From contig NC_058368.1 of NCBI RefSeq assembly GCF_018350175.1, forward strand, positions 169,944,001 to 170,008,000: a stretch of 64,000 nt of DNA, in the 5' to 3' direction. Source of the DNA: Felis catus. Lineage: Eukaryota. The translations under genes were made by a program, and so were the position numbers. The notes under the pieces are model-generated. The model was not told the origin of the DNA and searched no databases. It saw nothing but the letters and a program-made list of their open reading frames with translations. This document shows positions 50,957 to 64,000 of this stretch, one piece after another. The first letter of the stretch is position 1, and each line of letters starts with the position of its first letter.

Positions 50957-52225
50957 GAAAAAGAGAGAAAACTTTAAAGCATGTAAACAAAAACTATTCA
51001 TGAGAGTAACTTTCATACTTTAGTTATCACTATAAAATGGACTGGAAATTATCACAGGAATTAACTGTTCTAAAGGGAGGAAAAGGCATTAAATAAAGGT
51101 AACCTGATACATTTTGGTTATATGTTAGAGCTTTGAAACACTACAAGATATAATATCTTGGTGCACTCATGCATGGTTAAGGGGATTGTCTGTCATATTT
51201 TGGAGTCTGAGGAAGAAATATTCAGTTGCATCTGTACAGATTCTTTCTGTGAGTTAGCTTGGGAATTAGGAATGCAAGCTCTAGATCTGGAAGTTTCTAT
51301 AAAGCACAGACCAGCTCATGACATATGGGCCTGTGGCTTGACCTTTGTTCTTTTGACCTATGCCCATCATCTGCTGGCTACTCAGCCTGAAGCTAAAACA
51401 AAGGATCAGCAACATAAGATGCAGTGCTCTAGGGCTAATGGAGCTGACTCAGGACCATGGGGACCACTCAGGCACATCATAGCATCCACTGTTGGCCCTG
51501 CCAGCTTATTTACTAGTTTCCTTAGTGTCATTGTCTTGACAAGTAACTCTGGGAATCCAGTGCATTTTTCCCCTTCAGCTAGACACCGCCAGAATATTTG
51601 ACTCTCTGGATGTGTCAGGCAGGCTCTGTAATTAAATGGCTCAGCATTTCTGTTTGTCAGGGTGATATAAAATAAGGGGAAAAAATGTTTGCTTTGTGAA
51701 GCCCTGCCATAAAGCCTTCAGGAAGGATTATACATCATCAGGCCTTTGGCTCCCAAAGGAAAATGCTCTGAAAGACAAAACATCTTTAGTGTCAATTTTC
51801 AACCAGAAGAAAATTGAATGAAATGAAGTTTGACATATGGAATGGTTTTCATAAGTTGTTTCAAATGTGAGTCACAAGAAATGTCACTTGGAGGATATGG
51901 CAGAAGATCAGCTAAGATACTTCTAATAATTTGAATAGAGCCCGGAGCTGACTTACCTTTGTGTGTTCACGGGCCATGCCATGGCCCACATTCAGTTAAG
52001 GAAAAACTGGACCCATTCATCATTTGTGATTGCAGAATTTGTATTTGTGTCTTATGGTTGCTTCTTTAGAAAAGGAGGCTGAAACCAGTTTGGAAAAACA
52101 CTTCAGAAGACTGTCTTGACTTTAATGTACTTACCTAAACCCATTACTTGAAAATAGCCCTTTTATCAAATACTTCCATCTATTTACATATTTTTGAAAA
52201 TTCTTTTACATTGGCAGCTTTCATG

Positions 52226-52302
52226 TATATATATATACATATATATATATGTATATATATATACATACATATATATATATACACACATATATATATATAT
52301 AT
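52226..52302. repeat. Imperfect (TA)n/(CA)n microsatellite
   Basis: Seen directly. Confidence 0.95.
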
Positions 52303-53699
52303 CTAATAACAATGAAATATGACCACCGCAATTGCATCTTGAAGTCATATTAGAAATTCAGTTTATTAAATTAACTCTGATATGCTGTGATGAAGCATAG
52401 TTAGGACACAAAGCCAAAGACTGTAAGAAGTGTGTATTTCTCAGAAAGTATGGTCATGTATACATATTTGGGTGTTCACTAATATGATTCAGTTGCAATC
52501 CCATAAGGTATCCATAGTTGGCTAGCCTCAGTTCTAGATTCAGAATACAGCCAGACTCATTTTTTCTTAATAAGGATTTTCCAAGCCTGACCATATATTT
52601 ATTTGTGTGGGTATGGATTAAACTAGTATATCCTCTTCCTCATTGCCTCTTTCCCTATTCTTAATCCCCAGTTTCTCCAGACTCACAGTAATATGTAGGT
52701 TTGTTTCTGTTGTCCTGCAGTTCATGGAAAGTTAAATGAAAAAAAGGTGACAAAGCCAACATCGTAGCTCTCAATCCTGCCTCACAACCGCAGCAAAAAC
52801 AAGAAATGAGTGAACTGACCTTCCCTTGGAGAGGTTTGGCTAGAAGCTGGATAGAATTGGGGCCTAATGGGCCCCCAAAGTTTCTTCCAATATGTTAGAT
52901 GTAAGAAAATAAAAGGGAGATTTTCATTTTATATTTGTGAACATGTGTCACTGGCCCTCCCCTAATGTTTGAGCCGTTATAATATGTAATGGTTTGTACT
53001 TCCTTTTTGGATCTCTAACATGTCAACTTAAGATTCATAGAGAAAAATTGGTGAAAAATTGGTCCTCCAGGTGAGCAAAGCCCATCATTACAAATAACAA
53101 ACATGCAACGATACAGCAGTGGATTGGCTTCCTATCTGCATTCCCTACACCCTGTTTTCCTAGGGTTTTTTTCTGTAGTAACTAGGGCAATTCTGTGTGA
53201 GAGCTTCTATGGCTGTGTTTCAGCCTCCCACACAGCCCACATGCTAATCCTTAGTGGATTTAAAGCACCAGGTCCTTTAGTATTAGTCATGCTGATCAAT
53301 TTTAATTGAAAAAGGCAAAGCACACATTTTACACAGTATGGCACAAGGTACATCCACTGATGGAGTTGCTAGGAGGGAGGCCAGAGCATTTCCTACATGC
53401 TCCTCTCCTAAGAATCCTGTCCCCTTTTGATGGAGTCTGTATCCTGGAAGGAATACACTGAGAGTGCAAAAGGGGGAAAAGGGTCACTGGCCTGCTGGCC
53501 AGAGCAATCAAGTCCTCTCCCTGGTTGTCTTCATGAAGAAGAATGTCACAGCCATATCACACTCTCTGTTGCATCACTTAAGAGAAATCAGGTTCACGGA
53601 CAGTGGCTTTATTGTGCCCTATTAATAATGAGTACCATTTGCTAAACAGGGAAGCTGAGCATTTTCCATATATGATGGCATTTGCTCCTTATAGTGAAT

Positions 53700-54160
53700 C
53701 TGGGCCCCGGACCTATATAGTCTAGGCCTACCTGATGACTTTCCCACACAATGTACTCTGCCAGGTTGATCTTTCTTAAATATGCTTCTTTCCCTCTTTT
53801 TCCATGACTTTCGTCTTTTCTCTCATAGTCTTGATCTTCAAAGTCCTCTTTGCCTGGCAAGTTTTCTGGACATCTTTGCATAGCCGGATTCTTATTTTTC
53901 TGTTCTTCTCTCAAATGTTATATTTTCAGAGAAGCCTTTCTGGACCACCTGGTCTAAAATCAATTCCTCATCTCGTCATCGCTCATTACTACATATCCTG
54001 TTACTTCCCCTTAGGGCACTTTTCACAGTGTATAATTGTCTTCTTTCTTTACCTTACTTGACCATCTTCTTCCCCAGCATGTAAGTCCCATAAAGAGAGA
54101 GAGTTTATCTGTCTTCTACATCACTGTGGCATGATTACCACAGACATGATTGCACCTAGT
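53700..54160 (+). mobile_element. L2 fragment
   Basis: ctttgcctggcaa...ctcaaatgtta..ttttcagagaagcctttctggaccac...catgtaagtcccataaagagagagag. Confidence 0.7.
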
Positions 54161-54517
54161 ATCTCTTCATCCATCATTCATGGCAAAACACATCTATAAG
54201 TCTGGAATATTATCATCACAGAATAGATTAATGAATTGCATTTTAGAGAAGCAACTGACTTGCCTATAGCTACTAAATGGCAATATAGGATTTGAACCCA
54301 GGTTTGCTTATATTAGTTGTAGTTGTATAAGTTGACTGCAGAGCTACAAACATATTTTCCCTTCAGAATTACCTTGCAATTTCCCCAGAAATTTAATTCA
54401 TTCATGTAGATTCTCTGCCAAAAAGTCTGATCTGCAACTAATCGTTTATCTAGATAATTTATTCTGATTTCTCATAGCTCTGTCTAAACATTTTCCCCCC
54501 CTCCTATGACTGCTTGC

Positions 54518-55640
54518 CATTTTCATTACTCCAAAAAGAAATCCTATCCCCATTTGCAGTCTCTCAGCATTTGCTTCTCCCCATCCCCGGTCCCTGGCAA
54601 CCACTAATCTACTTTATGACTCAATATTGGATACTTAATATAAATGGAATCACACAACATGAGCCTTTTGTGTCTGGATTCTTTAATGTTGCATCTTTTC
54701 AGGGTTTATCCATGTTGTAGCGTGCATCAGTTCTCCATCCCTTTCATATGACCAAATAAACATTCTCTGTACTACATTCTTTTTATGCACTTATCACTTG
54801 GATAATTTTAAGTAATGGTACTGTGAACATTTGTGTACATGTTTCTGTGTGGACATATGTTTACATTTTTCTTAGGTATTTACCTAGAAATGGAATTGCT
54901 GGGTCATATGGTAATTCTTTGTTCATCTTTTTAAGAAAATGCCAAACCATTTTCTAAAGTGACTGCACCATTTGATATTCCCACAAACAATGTGTGACGT
55001 TTTCACTTTCTCTACATCTTTACCAATATATTTATTGTTCATCTTCTTGATACTAACCATCCTAGTAGGTATGCAAACCACAATGAAAATCTCATTATGG
55101 CTTTGATTTGTATTCCCCCAGTGACTAATGATTTTGAGCATCTTTTCTTATTGGCCATTTGTGTATCTTCTTTGGAGAAATATCTATTAATTCCTTTGCT
55201 CATTTTTAAATTGGGTTATTAGACTTTTTAATTTTGAATTGTAAAAATTAAACTCAGAATAGAAGTTCTTGTCAGGTATATGATTTGCAAATAATTTCTC
55301 CCAGTTTTGTGTTTTTAATTTTGATGAAGTCCAATTTATCTGTTTTTTATTTTGGTGTTTGTGATTTTGGTGTCATATTTAAGATACCATTGCTTAATCC
55401 AAAATCACAAGGCTTTACACTTAGGCTTTCTTCTAAGAGTTTTATAGTTTTAACTCTTCCATTTTGAATTAATTGTATATGGTATGAAGTAGGAGTATAG
55501 TTTTTTTTTTAAATTTTCATTTTGCATGTGGCTATCATTGGCTCAGCATCATTTTTTGAAAGGACTATTCTTTCTCCACTGAATTGTCTTGATACCCTCA
55601 TTAAAAATCATTTGGTCATTTAAGCAACAGCTTATTTCTG
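54518..55640 (-). mobile_element. Old L1 (L1MB-like) 3' fragment
   Basis: cattttcattactccaaaaagaaatcc...ccctggcaaccactaatctacttt...tacctagaaatggaattgctgggtcatatggtaattct. Confidence 0.87.
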
Positions 55641-55776
55641 TTACAAAACCAGCTCTTATTCCCTTATTTTCTGAAAACTTCTTGATTTTTGGAGATGTAA
55701 GTTCCACATCCCTATCCTGAGAATCTCAAACCATATTCTCTGGACAAGAAATTCTTTACTTCTGGTTCTTAAATTT

Positions 55777-56247
55777 TGTTTTAGGTTGGATTCTCCCAGA
55801 AGCAGACGCTAAAACCAGGATCTATGCAAGTTGATTACTTAGGAAGTATAGAAAATACTGGTTGAGAGTGGAGAAGAGACACATGTAAGGGATGGAAGAC
55901 AATAAAGAGTGTATTATTAGGTCAGCCCCCAGAGTGGGCAACTGAGGAAACCTTGTGGGCAAACAATGAGAAATCACCAGAACGTTCCTTCAGGTTGTGC
56001 TGCTTAAGACATGAAGGACCTCAGGCGTTTTACACAACTCTTGATCATCATTGGTTGAGGCTTGCTCCTGAAAATCTTTATTCTTTGGAACTTCCAGCCT
56101 TATGTACAGGAGAAGAGTGACTCCCTGCAGTGCTTGGGAAGGTTTTAGGCACAGAGATGCAGATATTTGTAGTTAGAAGGGGCTGGAGCATACCAAACAG
56201 TAAGGTCAGACAGATACGGGAAAAGCATTGGCTGTGTATGCTCCACA
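55777..56247 (-). mobile_element. ERVL solo LTR (LTR16 family)
   Basis: tgttttaggttggattctcccagaagcagac...aataaagagtgt...gtgggcaactg...tcattggttgagg...ctccaca; TG...CA ends. Confidence 0.72.
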
Positions 56248-56485
56248 AACAAAGGAGAGGTTCCCTTTCTCAGTGGGTGCTTAAAACTCAGGCCTCACCT
56301 AAACAGGCGCAGCCTTCACCCCTTGCACCAATTCCAAAGATAGCTAAAAGGAACACAAAGCAAGAGAATAGTATCAAGATACACTTACAGCAAGATACCA
56401 TTCTGAGCTGATGTGCTGGAGAAAAGAAAGCTTAATTCAAATGCAAAGCAGCAGGAGGGTGAGACACTTTTATATTTGAAGTCCT

Positions 56486-56940
56486 TGTTTTAGTCAGGAG
56501 TCTTTGGTTGCAAGTGACAAAAGCTAAATTTACTTAAACAAAGGAGAACTGTGTTGGCTCATATAATCAAACTATAGAAAGAGCAGGAGGCAGCTGGCCT
56601 TTGGGACTTCTGGAACTAGGGCCTCAGATACCATTGTGATTCTGTCCCTGCATTGTAGCTTTTATAAATTTTCAGCTCTTCTAAGCAGAAGAAACATAAC
56701 TTTCTGCTACTTTGAGCTCTCTCCCTTTTAGCTCTCCAGTTGGAGAGAGATGGGCATTTCTCTGGCAACTACAATTTAAAACATTCCCTAATTTGGTTCA
56801 CTTTGATAACACATCCTGGTACTAACCATTCTGTCCAGAAAGATGTTGCTCTGACTTGGTTCATAGCCACGTGCCTGTGGCCTGAGAGTAGGGCCTGTTA
56901 CCAGAAGAGCCATAAAGCTGGGCAGTTGAAGTTAAAAACC
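56486..56940 (-). mobile_element. Old MaLR LTR (MLT1J/K-like)
   Basis: tgttttagtcaggagtctttggttgcaagtgacaaaagc...ttggctcatataa, the reverse LTR end. Confidence 0.65.
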
Positions 56941-59900
56941 ATTGCTCTCTAGGCAGGGGACGGGACTGGAAATCAAAGGTCACACAAAAACAAATAAAAA
57001 ACATCTTCCTGTCCTCTGAGTCCTCTGCACACTTCTAATATCCCAGGACCTGCAGCCCACCATGGAATACTACTTCAAGGCCTTATAGAGAAAACACTTG
57101 CTGCTTTCAATTCCCTTCTCATGGACAATGTATCCTATGATGTTCCAGCTCCACTGAAGTTACATCATGTGGTGCGACAGCTGATTTCCTTGCTAGTATG
57201 TTTGCAAAGGGGGTAATGAACAATCTGAAACAATCTCATTGATTTTTCTCTTTAATGGTTCAAATACTGGTTCATTAGGAAAGAAGTTGCAAATTTCATT
57301 GCTGCCTAGTTACCAAGAACCATTCAGCTGCGTTAGAAATAAGTGACATCAAATATCAAATAATCAGTCTTGGAGCAAATATTAGAATAAGAAAGAGCTT
57401 TAAAATGCTTGGGAAACTCAGCAGTGATTATTTCATTGCTTCCAAGTAATTATCACCATTCATATTCCTCTAGAATCCTTCAGACTGCAACAGGATCCAC
57501 CACCCTTTCTGGGAAGGAAGAGCTTGGGCTCTCTGCTTGGGAAGGAGCAATGTATTTAAGTAAGAAAAAATAAGAACACTAAAACTACTTTTACTAGTGA
57601 TGTGACAAACATAGCAAGTAGTTACATGCTAATTCAGGCTATCACCTTTAATTAGGACTTGAGGAGGCTGAGTTCTGCTGTCTTCAGTCTTTGGAAATGA
57701 GCACTCATGATCAAAGAGCTATCTTCTTTAAATAATTTAAATAGGTATCCATTTTAATTAAAGAAGATATTGAATATTGGATATGAAAATGGCTGTTTTT
57801 TGGTTTTGTTTTTTTTTTTAACCTTTAGATTTGGTGGCTGCTGCTTAAATGAATAGGTCCCTGTACAGTAGGAAACAGCATCTGGCGCAGTCCCTCTTCA
57901 GGGCTGAAGATCAAGCACACACTCCGCTGGAGGCCTTCTGTGATCCCAACACCTCCCTCAGATGGAGCAGGTGGGAGGAAGCCCCTTCCAGAGTCTCCTG
58001 GTGGGTCCCTGTACAGGTCTCAACAGCTGCTGGAGGACAACCAATCTGGTTCTGCACTTCTGAAAAGGGGCTATTTTTCTCCCTGACCCAAAACAAGAGT
58101 GGTTTGGAATGCTGCAAAGCATTTGATGAATCATTAGACATACCCTCAAAATTTCTTGAAAAGGTCCCTGTTGAAAAGATTCAGCCTACAGAGACCTGAA
58201 TGTATCCCATGTACATTCATCATAAACAAGAAGCCTGCCCTGTTCTGCCTTTTAAGGGAGAGTGAAAATGCCCATGAGAAGTGTCTGGCCAAGAAGTATT
58301 AGACTGCACAATTTCAGCTGTTCCCAAACTTTTGTGTAGTTTCCTCTTACTTTGTGTTTCATTATATAATTTTCTCTCCTCTCAGTTTTCTGGTACTTTC
58401 TTCCTTTCTCCTAGATTCCCAGGCCAGTAGAACGCAGCAACAGTCACAGCACACCAATTCACAGTCACATTCAAAAGAAAATTAAAGAAAAAAAAGAAAA
58501 TCAAAGAAAGACAGAAAGGGCAGAAAGAAAAGAAGTGTGGAAGAGGGACTTCATAACAAAGAGCACATTTCATTTAGTTATGTTTTCTGATTTCCATTTG
58601 CCTATAGGGTTCCCTTTTAGCTGCTAGGGGGCAAGAGGGTGGGGAGCCATGGTCTTTTTCTTCCTTCTCCTCCTTCTTTAAATGTTTACAGATCCTGATT
58701 AAACTCATCAGTCCAAGGTGGTTTTATTCATCTAACATTCCATTAAAGTGAGAAGGACAGATTAAATTTCACTGCCACTCATTTTACAGATGGATTCCAT
58801 TAATCAACGAAAATCCATAAAAATCAACCCAAGATAATACTCTTCTTATATGTTTATAAAAACCCAGTAGCCTACCATGGGTTTTTACCTCTTCTGATGA
58901 GATTCCCTGGGCTCCTGTTCAATGGATCAGATTTGTATCTTGTCCCTTTCATACTCTCTGACTACTCAACATCTTCTTGTCCCTACAGGTCAAACTCCCT
59001 TGCTCTGATTAACTTTTGACTATCTATCACCAACTGGACTTTTGGAACTTTCTCTGAGGTGGACTTTAACAATTGTTTTCTGGCCTCATGCCTTGTGCTG
59101 CAAATATGGGCAACAGTTTCTGTGTCTTTCAGTCATGGGTTCCAAATGCAGGCTGCTTTCTTTACTTCCCTACTTGGCCTTACCCCCAAAGAAGGAAGAT
59201 CTTGTGAAGAGGGGTTGGAGACCATGAAAATAACAGTTTTGATAAAGGAAAATAAAAATAAATAGAAGCTAAGACTTCCAGGTAGTGGTAGTTGAGGCAG
59301 TGTGTGCAGTATATGAGTAAGCAGGCAGAGGCAGAGGAGAGATGATATTGTAAAAGTGAGCAAGGTGTTTTAAGGATGGCAATGATTTAGGGTGGTTAGT
59401 ATCACACTGAATGAATCATATGGTCATGTGAACTTAATCATGATGGGAGAAAGAAGAGTAAAGGAGATGATGGAAGAAGTCTCAAAGCAGGGGAAAGTGT
59501 TCCATGTCAGAGACATCAAAAAAAGATTTTTAAGACATCTAGGTAGTTGCGATATAATTAGATCAGGCTTGTGTTTTTCCCAACATCAGCAAAGACTAAA
59601 TCAATGTGTGTCTGAGCAAAGAACTCATACATCCACGACCACAGGATGATGAGTTTGAAAACATTCTCTTTTGAAACAAACCTCAGATGCTTGATAGCTC
59701 TGGGAGCAAAGTTTGTGCTGAAATAAAAGTAAAGTTTGTTTTAACAAATGCATTGAATTCTGAAATGAAGCTCAGCTGGCATAAAAATTCAACATCAATT
59801 GCACACAAACATATTGCATGACCTTGCATTAGAATAAGCCTTTCAAAGGACTAGATGTACCATAAATTGAGCAAGAATCAAGCTCTTTTCTAAATGCCAA

Positions 59901-61466
59901 TATCAGACAGGTTTCAAGATTGCCATGCTTCCACTGGAGCTAGGGAAAACACTGACACTAGAAATAAATGGGCCATTGGCTGTCACCACTCAGGAGCTCA
60001 GGTTCATCCTTTCTCTTGCCACAGTGAAATTCATAATAAAATGCCAACAAAAGTAAAGAGCAAGTCAGACCTGTCTGTAGCAGCTACAGAATAGGCATCT
60101 GCTATGATAATCCTACACACCACCACCCCCCCCCAAAAAAAAAAAAACACTGGCACTCTTGTTAGGTATGTATATCTGTCAGAGAAGGAGTCATCCTGTG
60201 AGGGAGAAGGAGTGACTTCTGCAGACTCTTATCTCCTGTCTTCGGGAACATTAAGAAATAAAAGATGACTATGCCTTCCCTGGCCAGTCCAATAACCAAT
60301 TGAGTTTTTATGTTGAAACCACTTTCTCTTCCTCACTTTCCTTGTTACTTCCCTCTTGCACATTCCGTGACTGTCATATCTCTGTTAAACATCAGAAGTG
60401 ATGAGTAAAAATTGTTTGACTTAAACATTATCTTGCTGCAAAAGATTCCTACCTCATAGAAGAGAATGACCAGATATTTGGCCAAAAGGATTACCTTTTG
60501 ACAGATTTTCAAACTGTCAAAGACAGTTTGGAGGACAAGTCGTAGTCTGCCATCTTGCACACTTTGCAGAGTGACCCGTTATTACTGCCCCCTTGGATGG
60601 ATCAACCTTAGCTCAGTGTTGTAGTCCAGTCCCAAATTACATCTTTTGGATGGGGAAATCTGAACTGAATTTGACATAGCATATGCTATTAATCCCTTTT
60701 GTAGTCTCCTTATGCCCCAACATGTCTTTTTTTGGCCATTAAGGAACATTTTGAAGTAGATGGAATCCCATTGTAAGTAGTGAGGAATGGCCCAGGCAGC
60801 ACTGAAATATTCCCTTGCAAGTGCCTTATTCCTGAGACACAGGAAAGCCAAAGTAAAGACCTGCTGTGGATATTAGAACCTGGTTATATATAACATGAAC
60901 AAACTTCCATTTACCCTGTTGGCCTCAGGACTCTGAATGCATCTTAAAATATACTGTTTTGATATTTTAATAACAATGTTCTTTGGTGATAATTATATAA
61001 TAGCACAAAGGCCACATCCCAAACTAAAGAAGAGAATTTGTGTGCTGGAAATGGTCACCTTTGGGAAGATTCATCTGCCATGTGCATGTTGATAGCTTCA
61101 AAGAACTGGACACAATTCTCTCCCCAGCTCCATTATAGCACACACACCACAGGCATTCATTGCCTCTGACAGGAGTTAGAGCCAGCGGAGTTTCTTCGAG
61201 ACACTGCTGTCACAATGATGCCACAGTGGTTTAGACCTTTTGTTTGTTTATTAGCTTGTGTATGTGTAGCACTACATGCTTGCTTTATTTTATTCCCTCT
61301 GTTTTGCAATAAACTATCATGGCAGGGATTGCCTTTTTTGCTGCACTGCTTGTAAGTATGCCCTGAGGCTAACAAGCATGGGCATATCTGATGAAAATGA
61401 TGAGATAACTGTGTCAAGCGCTGCTGGAGAAAGGCTGTTATATGTCTGTTAGCAAGGTCTGAGGCT

Positions 61467-61468
<2 letters not shown>

Positions 61469-61546
<78 letters not shown>

Positions 61547-61557
61547 AGAGAGAGAGA
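61469..61557. repeat. (TG)n(AG)n compound microsatellite
   Basis: Seen directly. Confidence 0.97.
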
Positions 61558-61579
61558 AATTTCTGTGGGACATACTCTG

Positions 61580-61710
61580 CATTCATTCATTCATTCTTGC
61601 AACAAATATTTATTGAGCCAAGGTGCCGTTCCAGGTACTGGGGATAAAATGAGCACACAAAAAAGCAATGATCCATGCTTTATAGAACTTTCATCTGATA
61701 AGAAAGAAAG
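61580..61710 (-). mobile_element. L2 3' end
   Basis: cattcattcattc...caacaaatatttattgagc...ggtactggggataaa. Confidence 0.8.
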
Positions 61711-62616
61711 ATATTACCCAAATAATTTTAAAACATTATGGGTAGTATTAGTTGGAAAAGAAATACAGTATGCTGAAGAATGCTCAGATCTTAGGTTAAA
61801 TAATAATAATTAAATGAATTTGGTTAGAGGTTTTAGAAAGGTTATAATTCTGTGTTCAAGTATATTAAGGGATATTGAAAATACATTTTCTTGATGAAAA
61901 TAAAACCTGATTCAGTAGAATTAGAAGAAATTGTTTTTGTCAGAACATGTGTTGATCATCAAGATGTTAAGTCAATTTAGAGATTATGTAGACATTTATT
62001 TATTGTATTATTATATATTTAAAGATTAAGTTAAGATAAAAATGTACAGATGACACTGCACTTACAATCACAAAAGAATAGGAATTACTGAGGTGGAGTT
62101 TACAGGAGTTTTGTCAGGGGTAGGGTAATAAATTAAGAGGAGAGGGGCTTGGTGGATGGATGAGAGAAACACGCAGTTTTCATGCTTAAGGATATACTGA
62201 GCATGTTGTATGTCCCTGTGTCTCTTATGTATGCATCCTATGACATATGCATCATTAGCCCAGCTAGAGAAATGGTAGAGCTCGCATTGCCTTCTCTGTC
62301 CTACCAGTTAGCCTTTTGGGCTCTTTTGTGTGAGGAATCCCTGATACTGAAATAATTCTCTAGGTGGTATTACTAAATTCGTTGAGGTTTCTAGCTGTTG
62401 TGGCAGCCTCATGTTTCAGCTGCTCTCCCACCTCCTGACCTCCCAAAAGAGGACTGGGTCAGCACTAAGGGGCAGGAGAGGGATGGATATATAGACAAAG
62501 GAAACATAATCTTGATAAAATGGTCAATGAGCAGAAGGAATAAGAGAGGTTAGAAAGTCTAGCATCTTGGTAAAAGGAAATATTGGTGGGCTGAATAAAA
62601 CTGGGGTGGTGTCTCC

Positions 62617-62987
62617 CTCTTTAATTCAGTCAGCTATGGTGAAATACCATGGACTAGGTGGCTTATATAACAGACATTTATTTCTCACACTTCTGGAGGC
62701 TAGGAAATCCAAGATCAAGATACCATCTGGGATTCCTGATGAGGACCCGTTTCCTGGCTTACAGACAGCTACTTTCTCACTGTGTCCTCACATAATGAGA
62801 GAAAGAAAGAGAGAGAGTGATTGGATGTGTTCTGAGATCTCTTCTTTTTATAAAGAACTTAATCCTACCCTGGGGGCCCCACACTCATGACCTCATCTAA
62901 ACCTAATTACCTCCTGAAGGGCCAATCTCCAAATTAGGTGGTTTCAATATACAAATTTGGAGGGCATAACACTGAGTTCGTAATAAC
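62617..62987 (-). mobile_element. MaLR solo LTR (MLT1A-like)
   Basis: aaataccatggactaggtggctta..aacagacatttatttctcacacttctggaggctaggaaatccaagatcaag...catgacctcatctaaacctaattacctcc. Confidence 0.9.
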
Positions 62988-63224
62988 CGCATTAAAAACT
63001 TTTGCTCTGCTAACTTAACATGGAGTCACTCTGTCAACATAATCAATGTATTTGTATGTCTGCACCTAAAACAGACTGCTTATTGTCCCTTAATATCTCC
63101 TTTTCCCTCTTTCAATAACAATGGAATATCTAATAATTAGAAGTCAGTTGTTGAATTTCCCTATATCTTGTGATTTTCTAGGTAGCCTTTTCTTACTGAT
63201 TTCTAGTTAGTTCTCTGATGGTCT

Positions 63225-64000
63225 GACAACATCTCTTGAATAATTTTACTACTTTAAATTTGTTGAGATTTGTTTTATAGTGCAAAATATGGTCTATTTT
63301 GAGGAATGTTCCACATGCACTGAGAAGAATGTGTATTCTGCTATAACTGGGTAAAATGTTCTAGAAATGTCAGTCAGGTAATGTTTGTTGGTAGTGTTCT
63401 TCAGATATTCTCCATCATCACTGATTTTGTTTCCTTGTTCTATCACCTATTGAAAGAGAAGTGTTGAAGTACTCAAATGTAATTCTGGATTTGTCATTTT
63501 TGCCTTTCAGTTTCATCACATTTTGCTTCAGGTATTTTGTAGCTTTGTTATCCAATTCTTGAAGAACGTACTCCTTTCCACTCTTCATCATGTGATATAC
63601 CTCTTTATCCTTTATCTGCTGTTAGTATAGCTACTTTAGCTTCCTTTTGATTAGTATTGACATGGAATATCTTTTTTCTTTTTTTAACTTTTAACCTATA
63701 TTTTTATAACTAAAATTGATTTACCATAGATAGCATATAATTAGAACTTGATTTTTTTTATTAAATGTAACATTTTTTTGTCTTTTACTTGATGTTTTTA
63801 GACAGTTTACCTTTAAAGTATTACTGATATGTGTGGATTAAAGACTATCATCTATCTAGCTGTTTTCTCTTTGTTCCATCTTTCAAACTTTGTTCTTTGT
63901 TCTTTTTCTCCTTCTGCCTTTTAAAAATGTTTGTTATTCCATTTTATCACAACTATTTGCTTATTGTTTATACTCCTCTTTAATATTTTAGTGGTTCCCC
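63225..64000 (-). mobile_element. Old L1 ORF2 5'-region fragment (continues past the window end)
   Basis: aaatttgttgagatttgtttta...atatggtctattttgaggaatgttccacatgcactgagaagaatgtgtattctgct. Confidence 0.85.

Noticed and set aside
50473..51003. Longest track ORF (176 aa)
   Set aside because: It reads through L2 debris and an antisense SINE. The GQRETEHE...ATQAP peptide recurs at 16394 and 49032 and is a SINE translation.
51158..51601. 147-aa plus ORF in unique DNA
   Set aside because: Non-ATG start, no recognisable domain and no convincing splice context; within the chance range for 64 kb.
60676..60689. Palindrome atagcatatgctat resembling the EBV EBNA1 site core
   Set aside because: A single 14-bp palindrome; several are expected by chance in 64 kb, and there is no array or viral context.
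61157..61582. 141-aa minus ORF
   Set aside because: Kept open by the (TG)n(AG)n microsatellite (SLSL/HTHT runs).

Overview
Mammalian nuclear DNA, very likely from a felid: it carries many tRNA-derived Can-SINEs, including young CpG-rich cat-type copies with perfect TSDs, plus carnivore L1s and one cat-type L1 3' end. I recognise no protein-coding gene, rRNA, true tRNA or CRISPR array. Every ORF-track entry I could interpret is L1, SINE, ERVL or microsatellite derived, or looks like chance. The window reads as intergenic or deep-intronic and is heavily repeat-derived. It holds a decayed L1 with its 5' end intact (1-6027), an ERVL relic with an LTR16A-like LTR and still-readable gag/RNaseH/integrase/dUTPase remnants (6034-~9450), and a nested stack of two 5'-inverted (twin-primed) L1s, a short L1 3' end and five SINEs (24.9-29.7 kb). 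MLT1 and LTR16 solo LTRs, a MER44/Tigger7 element and many MIR/L2 relics are scattered through it. I did not find a convincing new biological system. The most unusual signals are several template-switch or fold-back scars, inverted SINE pairs, a SINE at an apparent ERVL deletion junction, and a few unverified candidate exons and enhancer motif clusters. Family names come from recalled consensus sequences, not a database search, and boundaries of old repeats are approximate.
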